A DNA stretch of 64,000 bases, taken from positions 7,688,001 to 7,752,000 of the forward strand of contig CM119377.1 of NCBI GenBank assembly GCA_051294905.1, read 5' to 3'. Both the position numbers and the translations under genes were made by a program. The notes below the pieces were generated by a model. It made no database searches, was not told the origin of the DNA, and saw only the letters and a program-made list of their open reading frames with translations. Shown one piece after another: positions 22,646 through 35,042 of this stretch (position 1 is the stretch's first letter; every line of letters begins with the position of its first letter). The stretch comes from Botryllus schlosseri (lineage: Eukaryota).

Positions 22646-25600
22646 CGATTATAGATCTATAGTTCGATCTTGATCTTTTGGAAGTTATTCCTTGACCCTT
22701 TCGTCCGTTTTCGTGTACTGTACGCCAGTGTTGGGATGACTCGAGTCAAGTTTTTCGTATGACTTGACTTGACTTGAGTCACTTTGAAAAAATGACTTGA
22801 CTTGACTTGACTCGGCGCTTCAGAAATGTGGATTGACTCGTGACTCGGAGCAAAATTTACGAGTCAGTTTCAAGTCATCAAGTAAACGGTCTCGATTAAA
22901 TCTCTGTATCTTTTTTATGTTCGGACTATTCGCGATACGCATGTGTCACTTGTGAGAGCAACCACACTGTAAACGAAAATGGTGTGTTTTCGCAATTCAC
23001 ACCCTAGCGTAGGGTGTGTTTTGAGTCATCACACTTATTGGGTACTAAATTTGTCATTTACACCTAAGCTATTGGTGGAAATAAGCCGAATACACCCCTA
23101 TACACACTTACCATAAAATATACACCCCAAGCATTGGCATTTGGGGTGAATTGTTAGATATTACACCTTTTGTCAGACAATATGAAGTTTGGGATTCAAT
23201 CCGCGCTAACTGCTTCCACAAGCTTCCACAAAACTGTTGAAGATTTAAGTCTGTGTCGGTCAGAAGCCTGGTTAAGCCTGCTGTGTCTAACTGTAGGTCG
23301 TGTAGGACATATTCTCTTTGGGTTTGAATTATCCACCGAAAATGCGTGTTTTCGCCCACTTTATTGTTGTCCGTGTCCGTGTCATTAAGGCTTCTTGGGT
23401 AGGCTTAGGCAATTTTGCATTGTTCAGTTTTCATGGATTTAACCCGGTTCGATCAAGTAAATTCGCCTACGCATATAGCTTCAGCTTCAGTGACAAATTA
23501 GCATTCGTTGTATTAGTTCGTGTGCTACATCGGCATGAATGAATAATAGCTAAGTCCGCAATATCATATTGTAATTCACATTTATCGTGCACGGCGGTAC
23601 TCGTACTTTGGCTGAAATTTCACCCTGGCTACTATAGTGTGACCGATGTATCTCAAGTGTGTGGCAAAATACGACACATTATGAAGTTGCCACGATATTG
23701 GTTTATAATTTCTTTCATGCCTCGTCAAATGCACAATTGTACGAATGTACGTAGGCTATATCTATGTACAAAATATATCAGGCCTATGCCGCACGGCATT
23801 AGTGTATAACCACAGTATAATGCAGGTTACGGGTATTTAAAGCTGGGAATACTAGAAGGAGTCAAATTTTAGCCACAAACTTACGTGAGCAGTACGCAAT
23901 ATGGGCGTAGCAAGAATTCAAATTAAAATGGGACACGAGGTTACGTCACGGAACAATCATTGAAGTGGGCGAAAGAGGGACTAAATTGGGGCAAAGTTTC
24001 CTGGTTATTTTCATATCTATATTGTTGTGTTATTCACTATTTGGTAGCTTTATGAATTGCACACTAAGCCTAACCGACAACGACAATTCGCATACAGCTT
24101 TCGGATCGTATCAATGGTTCGATCTGTGAAGATGAATCTAGTACTGCAAGACTTTTTTAAGCTTATTATGATGTAATCTGCAGCTTCACAGCTATCAAAT
24201 CCACATTTCTGATAAATCAATTATAGTATACATACAAATATTCCGGAGATCCTTAACTTCAATATAGTTATTGCATCAGTTAGTCAATTGTGACATCATA
24301 ATGGAACATACAAACCGTCGTCACCAGAACAGCTGCTGCTATGTTTCGCTACAGCTATGTAAAATGTTTCGTTATATGCCGTATTTCCGCGCTTACGAGA
24401 CCAGACTGGCTATCGACTGACCGTATTAGTTGTCGTGAATCTTGGAAGAAAGCCTCATTCGAGATTGAAAATATCTGAATGGTGAGTTACATTTCGTATC
24501 GGTACTATAGTAGCAGAGAACATTTGTTCCGTAGCGTTTCCGGTACAGATCCGATTCCTGTTACTCAGTGTTGCAGCTGTACTTAACAGAATTATATGTA
24601 GCAAGCTGGAATTTTAAACGTACCGGTAGTAACGATACATTGAATTCACATACATTGTTGTATCATCAGTACCGATACCAATATCCAAGACACAGTAGCT
24701 CAATGGCTCTAATGGAGATACTGTTGACAGGTGCAGCATCAGCTTTGATTATAAACTACGGTAATTTGGGCTTGATCAACATCGTTTGTAAGTGCATTGA
24801 AAAAAAATCGATTGTCGTTATATAGGTAAGTATTATGATTACCAAGCACATCACGACCTGTTTAAGTGTAAAGGTAGCCTACCACTGACTATGCAGAGTT
24901 ATGTTATCAGCCTATCACCCTGTCATTATCACTGAGCTATATACACATTATATGTTATGTTATGTTATGACAGGAAGGTAAACATATTATCTATTCTACT
25001 TCAGACTTGCATGGGCATAGATCGCAAATTTGGGGCTCTTGAAGAATGAAATTATCGATTTCTGCTCATGAGAAAACAAGTGTAACATACAAACGGCAAA
25101 GGGCTGAAGAATATGAAGCAATGGTATCTGAGGTGAGCAATGGACATTTGACGATGAAAGCTTTCGATCCCCGTAAATTGGGGCCAGTAAATGGTAATGA
25201 TATTATGACATGGGTGAAAATATGACGATGCTATATTGCTATCACTATGAATATGAGAGACTTGACTAGGAACAGGCTTGCCTTAGTAGGCTATTGAACA
25301 TAATTTGCAGTGCCTCCCTCAGACTATCTGCTAAGAGTATGTGACCCATCAACTAGACTACTTCTTTTGAAACTACTTCTCTGAGTTCTGTTCATATATT
25401 TATTTTAATTTGAAGCAGCTTGACATGGATTTGACATAGTCACTTCTATATGCTTGTCATTGAGTAGAAATTTACATCTACTGCTTGAGTAGCAATGCGC
25501 ACTACTGCGGTCAACTGGGTGTGCAACAATGCACGGATTAGCTGGGTCTTCAATGTTTTGACCAATATGAAGAGGCAAACATAGCCTTGCCAAAGTTGAT

Positions 25601-26169
25601 CAAACTGTCCTTTTGATCAATATAAACAAATCATAATATATGCACTTCTTGACTCATGATATGACATACACAAATGACATGACATGCACAAATCTGCTTT
25701 TTGTTAGATTCAAGGACTGATTGCTATTAGTAGCAGACTCTTACTCTGTGAATGTGAAATCAAATATGTTGTTGGTGACTAATATACTATGCGTAGGAGA
25801 GTTGCAAAATTGTATTTTAACTTGCTTATTAACAAGCATTAAAGAAAGTCAAGGCTACAACATCAGTACACATTTTGGATGTCTTGGGCGTTTCGAATCC
25901 AACCCAAATTATCAACTGAATGTTTACCGTATGCCTCATGGTTATTTTTTCAATTTTAGGATGCTGCTATACAAGCAAAATATCGGGGAATTTCAACCAA
26001 ATCGACGTCGCATTTAACGGTAGAAGCGTATGATGCGAAACAGTAAAGGATCGTTATCAAACAGCTTATATTACAAGGTAATCATTATCATCCAGATAAT
26101 TTGCTAATTTCGAAGTATAAGACAAGTCAACGTTTTCAAATCAAGACACAGTTAGACATGTATCTGTGG

Positions 26170-26695
26170 CGGGGTTGTAACCAAGTCACGAGGCTCCGAG
26201 TCAGAAGTCAATCTTACTAATATAGTTTTGACTCGAGTCAGGTCGATTCATTTTTCTTTGACCACTGAGTCATGGTATTATGACTCGAATCCGAGTCCAA
26301 GTCATTGTGTTTACTGATCAGCTTCCAGTTGAAATCTTGTTCAATCCACTTTTTGTAACTCTGTTTGGTGATATCGAATGGTTCGCATTTATAAATATAC
26401 TAATTTCCCTCACTGGTCGAAATTTTAAGTACCAGTACCAATAGGCGTAATCTAAATAGTGAGGTTACTTTACTATTCTCCGAAATTTCAAAGAAATGTA
26501 GGTCTTGGCCGTCTGAATGTTGAGTCATATGACTAGGTTCGAGTCATGCGCAATGACTCAAGTCCAAGTCGAGTCAATACACTGATTGACTCAAGTCGAG
26601 TCCTTTCTATATTTTGAGAAAATGACTCGAGTCAAGTCGAGTCATCAGAAAATCGTGACTCGAGTCAATTCATGACTCGAGTCAGTACAATCCTG
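26170..26695. mobile_element. Family Z hAT MITE, full length
   Basis: 8-bp TSD atctgtgg; copy B has the empty site (single atctgtgg at about 28694). Confidence 0.92.
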
Positions 26696-27311
26696 ATCTG
26701 TGGTCCCTTTGAATCCATTCTGAAAGTCAATATTGCCTGAGGAGGAAACGTTTCAAACGTGTTTTGAATCAATATTAAATTCATATCAAAGTCCTATATC
26801 TGATTTTCTCTAAATTTTAGAGACCGCATGCAGCAAGAGCAAGATTACATTAGAGGAATTAACCAATCTTGGGACTATGCTGCGAAAACTGAAAGAATTG
26901 TTATCAAGCCAGCAGGTATTACAACTTTGTTAACGACACCTGATGTCAACTTTCGTAGTCGCATATAGGAAGTAAACCAAAGCAGAGATGGTCAAAGTTA
27001 CTAGCGTTGCTACTCAAGTCGATGTAGAAATGCTGCCGTCAATTTATACTCAATTACAAGTAGATACAACAGTTCCCAATACAAGTCAAAACTACGTCAA
27101 GTGGAATCAGAATACAAAATGTCGGAAGAATAGTTAAGTATGGTAAGCAGTTTTTCGGGAGTTTCTGTTTTGAAAATTGCGATATGAATGTTCGCGATTA
27201 TTGTAAAGTTACTAATAGCATATGACACTACTAACAGCAAGAATCTTCAAAAATATATTCAGTTATCCTGATATAGGCGGTGTTGCCAGACTTGGACAAC
27301 TAGATATTCTA

Positions 27312-27568
27312 GCGAGATAGTGAAATGGTTGTGCGTCCGGCTTCTCGATCGGTAGGTCGCGTGTTCAATCCTCGGCCGGGTCAGACCAAAGACTCAAAAA
27401 CTGGTATTCGCGGCTATCCTGGTAGGCGCTCAGCAATCAGGGATAGCATGGAGGAGAAAAAAAACGGGGGTGCAGATTAGATGACCTTACTATAAACGCC
27501 GTATCGCATGTCCGTCGTCAAAAAGCATCTCGATGGTGCAGGCGAAAAAGAATACCATATCTCTCTCT
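27312..27568 (+). mobile_element. tRNA-derived SINE
   Basis: A box TAGTGAAATGG, B box GTTCAATCC, ggtcagaccaaagact linker, CT-repeat tail; absent from copy B. Confidence 0.8.
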
Positions 27569-27743
27569 AAATATACTAATTGAGGCCATTGTAATTTGTG
27601 AAATGTTTCTATGCTCTAATTCTAATTCTAATCGAATTTATGAAATCTTTCTATGGTCTAATTTTAATTATAATCCAACGTATGATTTTCCTGATAATGC
27701 TACAGTAGTATTGTATAGTGCGAAACGTGCCAAGCTTGCTGTA

Positions 27744-28416
27744 CAGCAGGGGTGTTCAAAAATGACTTTTTATTCTCAAATTATTGTGGCTACTTGATGA
27801 AATTGTTAGGTTACCTAATTGAAGCTTGCACACTAAATTTGGTTCGGTTCCAACCAGCACCCGCATTGCTACAGGAGACGAAAGTTTTTTTATTTATTAT
27901 ATAAAAATGAGTCAAAAAAATTCAAAATTTTCTGTGCACCCATGCAACCGTTAGGTTGTCTATAAACAATGCCCACCAAATTTGCCTCAATTCAAACCAT
28001 CCGAAGCGGAGTTATTGATGTCGAAAACTTTGGATTTGAATAAAATAGTATTTACGGTGGGCACAACTGTAATAAATGATTTTAAAAATCGGTCACCGTA
28101 AATACTATTTTACTGAAATCCAAAATTTTTCGACGCCAATAACTCCGCTTCCACTGGTTGAAATTGAGCCAAATCGGTTGAGCATTGTTTCTATAGAAAA
28201 CCTAACAATATAATGGGTGAACAGAAAATTTTAAATTTTTTTTACTCATTTTCATATAGGCCTGATAAGTAAAAAACTTTGTTCTCCTGTAGCAATGCGG
28301 CTACTGGTTGGAATCGAACCAAATTTGATGTGCAGGCTTCAATTAGGTAACCTAACAATTTTATCAAGTAGCCAGTACGATTTGAGAGAAAAAGTCATTT
28401 TTGAAGACCCCTAGTG
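27744..28416. mobile_element. Tc1/pogo-like palindromic MITE
   Basis: TA then cagcaggggtgttcaaaaatgac; long inverted arms; paralogous copy at 29489-30125. Confidence 0.75.
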
Positions 28417-29488
28417 CACATATCAGATGACTTGGGAGTTTATAATCCAATCCAAATTGTCAACTAAACGTTTATACTTCGTGGTTATTTTTTCAATTTT
28501 AGGATGTTATGATACACGATCATGTCAGGGCATATCAACCAAGTCGACGTCGCATTGAACCGTAAAACCGTATGCTTCGAAACAGTGATGGACCTTTATC
28601 GAACAGCACATATTGCAAGGTAATCATTAGCTTCCAGCTAATTTGCTAATTTCCATATATGAGGCAAGTCAAGGTTTCTATAATCAGACTAGTATCTGTG
28701 GTCGCTTCGAATCCACTCTGAAAGTTAATATTGCCCAACCAGGAAACGTTTCGTGTTTTGTATTAATACCAAAGTAGTCAGATTTAAATCAAGTCCATGC
28801 ATGTCTTTCTCTGATTTTCTTCAAATTTAGGATGCTGCTTAAAGACTGCATGCTGCAAGAGCAAGATTCTATCACAGGAACTAACGGAGTTTGAGAGTAT
28901 GATGCGAAAACTGAAAGACTCGTTATCAAGCCAGCAGGTATGACAACTTTATTAGCGACACCTGATGTCAACTTTCGTAGTCGCATATATGAGGTAAACC
29001 AAAGCAGAGATGGTCAAAGTTACCAGCGTTGCTACTCAAGTCGATGTAGAAATACCGTCGTCAATTTATACTCGATTACAAGTAGATGCAACAGTCCCCA
29101 GTACAAGTCAAAGCTACGTCAAGTAGAAGTAGAATACGAAATGTCGGAAAAATAGACAAGTATGGTAAGCAGTTTTTCGGAGGTTTCTACTTTGGAAATT
29201 ACGATATGAATCTTTGCGACTAATATAAAATTACTAATGGCATATGACACTACTAACAGAAAGAATCTTCAAATTATATTCAGTTATTTCTGATACAAGC
29301 GGTGTTGCCGAACTTGGACAACTATAGATATTCTAGTTGTCTAATTATACTAAATGAAGCTCTAATTCCAATTCTGATCGAATGTATGAAATCTTTCGAT
29401 AGCCTAGTTTCATTTCTAATTTAATGTCTGGTTTTCCTGGAAATGCTACCGCAGAACTGTATAGTGCGAAACAGCCAAGCTTGCTGTA

Positions 29489-30670
29489 CAATAAGGGTGT
29501 TAAAATGATTTTATTCTCAAATTCTACTGGCTACTTGATAAAATTATTAGATTAGCGAATCGAAGGCTACACACCAAATATGGTTCAATTCCAACCAGAA
29601 GCCGCATTGCTGCAGAAGGAAGTTTTTTATTTATTATTTAAAAATGAGTGAAAAAAATTCAAAATTTTCTGTTTACCTAGGAAATTGTTAGGTTGTCTAT
29701 AGAAACGATGCCCACCAAATTTGGTTCAATTCAAACCAGCGGAAGCGAAGTTATTGATGTCGAAAAATTTGGAATTGAATAAAATAGTATTTACGGTGGC
29801 TACAATTGTAATAAATGATTAAAGAATCGGTCCCCGTAAATGCTATTTTATTCAAATCCAACCGCTTCCACTGGTTGGAATTGAGCCAAATCGGTTGAGC
29901 ATTGTTTCTATAGACAACCTAATAATTTAATGGGGTGAACAGAAAATTTCAAGTCTTTTTTTATTCATTTTCATATAATAAACAAAAAACTTTCTTCTCC
30001 TGTAGCAATGCGGCTAGTGGTTGGAATCGAACCAAATTTGGTGTGCAGGCGTCAATTAGGTAACCTAACAATTTTATCATGTAGCCGGTAGAATTTGAAA
30101 AAGTAATTTTTGAACACACCTATTCTACAGTAGAGTTGTTCAAGAAAAAACTTTTTTCCAAATCTCACTCGCTTGGTGACTAAATTATCAGGTTGTCTAA
30201 GAAAACGCTGCACACCAAATTTGACTCAATTCCGACCAGTAAAGGCAGTGCAATCTTGAATTGAAAGTAGAAGCAGAGCTATTTGAGTTTTTCGTTGATA
30301 ATCCCCAATCCAATGGGGATTCCAACTAGAAGAAGCAGAGCTATTTGAGTTTTTCGTTGATAATCCCCAATTCAATGGGAATTATCAACGAAAAACTCAA
30401 ATAGCTCTGCTTCTACTAGTTGGAATATAGTCAAATTTGTTTTGCATCGTCTTTGAAGACAACCCAACAATTTCATGAGGTTGACAGGAAAATTTGAAAT
30501 TTTTTTCTTTTTTTTCCTATTAAATTAAAAATTTCAATTCAAGATTGCACGGCCTTTACTGGTTGGAATTGAGTCAAATTTGGTGTGCATCGTCTTCTTA
30601 GACAACCTGATAATTTAAACACAAAGCGAGTGAGATTTGGAAAAAAAGTTTTTATTGAACAACCCTACTG
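29489..30670. mobile_element. Two abutting Tc1/pogo-like MITEs (29489-30125 and 30128-30670)
   Basis: They share the TA at 30126-30127; second copy has termini ta-cagtag(a/g)gttgttcaa / ttgaacaaccctactg-ta. Confidence 0.75.
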
Positions 30671-32386
30671 TACAGTGTACAGACATTTGCTATTCTCATG
30701 CTCATAAGATGAACTATGATTTGATATTAACGGAGTTTGATTCAACTTTTCGCGATTCAGTAATGCTAATTCTAATCTAATTTGTTAGCTAGAATTATAA
30801 TTTTAATCTAATTTCAAACTGTGTAGCTATAATTTTAATTCTACTTTAATTCGAAAAAAAATCTAATTTGGAAAAAGGGAACGTTTTCTAGTTGTCCAAG
30901 TCTGCCTGGTACATGCGGTTTATCCATAAATTTCCATCTTGTCGATGCCTAATTGCCCACACATCAGTGATCGTGTGTGAATATGTTTCCTATAGCGGTA
31001 AGTTCACCGTATCGGGCCACAGTCTGTACTGCAATGCCTTAGCGAGTGAAACATCTGATTTTTTGTAAGTACTCTGTGAAAATATATATACTTGGTAACG
31101 GCTTCTATTTTTGCGGACTTCGTTAAGTTATCATAGCATATGTGCCTGTTAATTGGGTTGTGAGTATGCATTTTGATTTCAGGATGATGCCACAAGTTCT
31201 TGCTGAAGATAGTGACTCAACCTTCGCTGTACAAAGAGTGTTTTGCGGAAACCTGGAGGAGGCGGCTTCCCAATATGCAATATTCTTCGAGCAGTATTTT
31301 CAGTGAATTTTTTTCTCCGTCGCTGGGATCTCTGTTTTTGTTATTTCACGAACTATGTTTCCATTTTATGTTAATATGGTTCAATTGATATCGAATATAT
31401 GCATTGCAATCAAGAATGTTTATATGCAATAGTGTGTCATTTGGCAGAAGATACAGGATTTCAAGTAGGGTGTATATATTGAAATTCCGCCCCTATCAAT
31501 TCTAGAGGCTAGGGTGGAATATGCGATATACACCGCAAGGAATGGGGTGGATTCTGGTGATATACACCCGCAGGGTTACGTAAGTTCTGTTTTCGTGTAC
31601 CACCTTTTGGGGTGAGTATACCCACTCTTTTCGCTAAGAGTGCAGTCATTCACTGATTGTACCTTTCAGTGGCCGCCCTTGTTACATCACAAATAAATTG
31701 ACCGAAAACGAGCTGATGACAGCTTACGTTTATGTGAAATCAGAAGCATAATCTAAAGCAAACGTATCTTTGTTTCTTAGACGGCTTACATCGCGCAGTG
31801 CCCACCTTAGCCGACTTCCTTGTATGAATTGAATGGAACGAATGTAGTTTATGCGTTTATATTCTCACGGATGTGTAGATGGGGACTGGGGAGTGTATTA
31901 TACCATATCAATAATGTTTCAACTTCTCGACGCTTCGTATTCGATCCTCTATTTTGCCTCAAGTATTTTATTAGCTGCTCTACGTCTGCGTGAGCGATAC
32001 AACGCCCTTTGGCATGTATATTAGACTTTATACTCGTTATTGATGCAAGATATATGACAAATACATCTGTCTTTCACAAATCTAGCAAAATGTAATGACT
32101 TTGAATCATCACTCATACTTCGAAAAACCAATTTGACTTGAATAGTGACTTGACTTGACTCGAGTCACCTCCAAAAACAAGTGACTTGACTTGACTCGAG
32201 TCACCTTCGAAAATCGATTGACTTGACTTGACTCGAGTCAAAATGTGCAATGACTCGAAATGACTCGGGACTCGAAGGTAGTGACTTGATCCCAACACTG
32301 CTGTACGCACGTCGCACACGTCCTGGTCGGGTGTTTTTTACTATGCGCTTTTTTTTTTGTCAAGACGTCATATATATACTATTCAC

Positions 32387-33739
32387 CAGGGGTCACCAAC
32401 GCGGTGCACGCGGGCACCAGGTAGCCCGCGAGGACCAGATAAGTAGCTCGCGAGCCTGTTTTAAAAATAAATCAAATAGCAGCATTTACCAATATTCGTC
32501 AGATTATTTCCATTGAGCTTTTAGATATACAGATTGATTGATTTGGCGATTCTTGTTTAAATCACACTAACATGTAACTTATAAATGACAATACTGGTAT
32601 ATCAAATATCCTCAATTACCATTAGTAATATACCATAGGCTTACCATACGTCCTCTTTTAAGAGGATTTGTCCTCTTTTTTGACTTTTTTGAAAGTGTCC
32701 TCGGAGGACGCCCTTTTGTCCTCTTTTTTGAGATTTTGTCTTCTTTTTGAAAATTTAGGTCAGATTCAGAGCAAGTTGCGAGTGATATGCCGCAAATTTG
32801 AACAGAAGTGAAGCTCCGGCGGGTATTTCGGAGTGAAAAACGGTGATTTTAGCTCTGAGCGAAAAGATGACCTTTTTTTTAGTCATCCACCTGGCAACGT
32901 GGTGAGAGAAACGGTAATTTGAGCTTTGAGCGGGAAAGATGACTTTTTTTTAGTCACCGATCACAAAGTGGGAAAAATTCACCGGTTTTTGAGAATTCTT
33001 CTCCGGTTTTGCAAGTCTGAAATTTCTGAAAAAGTGTCCTCTTTTTAGATTTCCAAAATATGGTAAGCCTAATATACCAACATATGTAATAAAATCACAA
33101 AGATATCGAAGACGACGGATACGGCGCACTGCTTAGTGCCTATACGTGCGACATGACGGACTTTCATCCATGGTCTTCTTGAAATGGTGGGGGTTCCGTT
33201 ATGGTAGCTTGACGTCCAAGACAATGCCAAAGTAGTAAACAACATTACTATTCGGTAGCAGATAGCCGTGAAGTACTAGGAGATTTTCCATATATCTATA
33301 TATATATGCCCATTACGTATTGCATTTGACACAGCTTGTTTCTCTTACACTCAACGCATAATAGTACCATGTTTCTAACTTTCTGTAATCGTACAACGCA
33401 CTAGTTGATGTCCAGTCTAAAGTGTGACATGATTTATTTTAAAATTTGAGTTGACTGTTGTTTTGTTGTATAATTTATACAAACATATGGTGCGAAGTAA
33501 TTCATGATTTCTTGAAAAATCTTAGTGGATAGCTAGTTGACATCAGATGTGTTGATTTATAAGACTATCTTAGAAGTTTTATACACACCGCAATGTGATT
33601 CCTGCCTAGTGCTATGAATATCAAAGCGGAAAATTCAGTCTGTTAGGGGTAAACGGCCTGAATAAATGGTAGCCCGTCGCTGAAATTAGTAGGCTACCCA
33701 AGAAGTAACTACTGGTTGCAGAAAGGTTGGTGACCCCTG
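32387..33739. mobile_element. hAT Charlie-like element with nested Blackjack-like MITE
   Basis: TIR caggggtcaccaac / gttggtgacccctg; TSD ctattcac / ctatacac. Confidence 0.85.
32636..33071. mobile_element. hAT Blackjack-like MITE
   Basis: TIR taggcttaccata / tatggtaagccta; gtcct/aggac repeats; perfect TSD atatacca. Confidence 0.9.
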
Positions 33740-34017
33740 CTATACACTATATCAGTGCTTTTCAAACTGTGTATCGGTTCGCACTTGTACGAATGAAAAA
33801 TGATTGCAGTGCGAATGACGAAGGTGGTGCGGATGGTGCGAATGAAAATCGTGAATAATTGTTAATTTTTCTGACGTGGAGTAATTCAAATAATCGTAAT
33901 TGGAAATTCAAGGACATTGTAACTCATGTTGAAGTTGAGACGCAATTGTAAAAATACTTACGACGCATCGTTGCTCTCGCACTAGACGTAGTGAATAAAT
34001 ATTTTCGCACTATATAG

Positions 34018-35026
34018 TAGGGATGGTGTGAACCTCTGAAAGGTTCGGGTTCGTGTGAACGCGAACCTTTTTGAAAGGTTCTGTGTGAACACGAACGTGA
34101 ACCTCGTGACGTCATATTGCTAATTCCAACCCTATCTTTCAATGAAGTGATAGCCTATATTAATGTACACGATACCTAGCGAAGACTCGGGCCACATAAT
34201 GTCGCATTGCTGTAGTAGAAACGTCGCTAAATGTATCAACCGCGGTTATCAAAGGATATAATAATCTCATCAAATCAATACATTCCGTCGCTTTGCCAAC
34301 AATTTCGACGAGGACTTACCATGAAATATAAGCTTACGCCTCATTGGTCTTAGCCAGACCGGACAATGTGTTCGGAGTCTGAGTATTGCTACATTGATGT
34401 TGAGCATAGTGTAAAACGGGTTTCTATACTCGCTACTGATACCATAAACGACAAGTTATATAGCAGTAGCCAGCACCTTAATCGCACGGATTTGGTTTTA
34501 ATGATACAGTAAAGATATGAAGTCAAAATTGACCCCGTACGCCCACTCGATATTTTACATCAGAAAACGATATCAATGTCATTGATTGGTTGAATAAGTA
34601 TCATTCGCTGACTACCAGGGATATCAGGTGTTTAGATATCCCTGGCTGACTACGTATATCGCTCATGATGTTGTGTGATTGCGGGTCAAGGTCACAGCGG
34701 AGAGTCACTAAATATTCAAAACGGAACGCTGAATATTTCGAGAAATTTTTGGTAACAAAAAAGCAAGTAAAACTTTTAAGGTTGTCATGGTGCATGCTCG
34801 TTTAGTGTTGATTTTTTTATGCTGCCAGCGCCATGCATAGAGTGACCCGCAGTTGAAATGCAATAAACTTGAACCAAAGAGATCTTATAACGAAGTGAAA
34901 ATTACAATTTACCAAAAAGGTTCACAGTGCAGAACCTACCAAGGTTCTGTTGTGAACGCGAACCTCTAAATTTCCGAGGTTCACACACAGAACACGAACG
35001 TGAACCTCACGTTCACACCATCCCTA
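34018..35026. mobile_element. hAT-Ac-like non-autonomous element
   Basis: 16-bp perfect TIR tagggatggtgtgaac; perfect TSD ctatatag; gaacc/gtgaac subterminal repeats. Confidence 0.9.
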
Positions 35027-35042
35027 CTATATAGCCTAATCA

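Larger units (their letters stand above)
25865..30127 (+). repeat. Diverged tandem duplication (copy A ~25865-28412, copy B ~28413-30127)
   Basis: Collinear similarity, e.g. caaccaaatcgacgtcgcatt vs caaccaagtcgacgtcgcatt, and gacacctgatgtcaactttcgtagtcgcata in both. Confidence 0.9.
22965..31642. mobile_element. CACTA/EnSpm (CMC)-like element, apparently non-autonomous, with cargo
   Basis: Termini cactgtaaacgaaaat / rc cactcttagcgaaaag; 2-bp TSD CA; tacacc/ggtgta subterminal repeats at both ends. Confidence 0.7.
22726..32300. mobile_element. hAT-type GACTT-repeat MITE split by an 8.7-kb insertion
   Basis: Perfect 12-bp TIR cagtgttgggat / atcccaacactg; perfect 8-bp TSD ctgtacgc (22718-22725 / 32301-32308); gacttgactt subterminal arrays at both ends. 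Confidence 0.88.

Noticed and set aside
27312-27390. Possible functional tRNA gene
   Set aside because: No proper acceptor stem; it continues into a SINE body and is an insertion absent from the paralogous copy.
24990-28940. In-frame TGA codons in cargo blocks read as selenocysteine or recoding
   Set aside because: TAA/TAG stops and frameshifts also occur, and the TGA-containing frame is not the one open in both copies; decay explains them.
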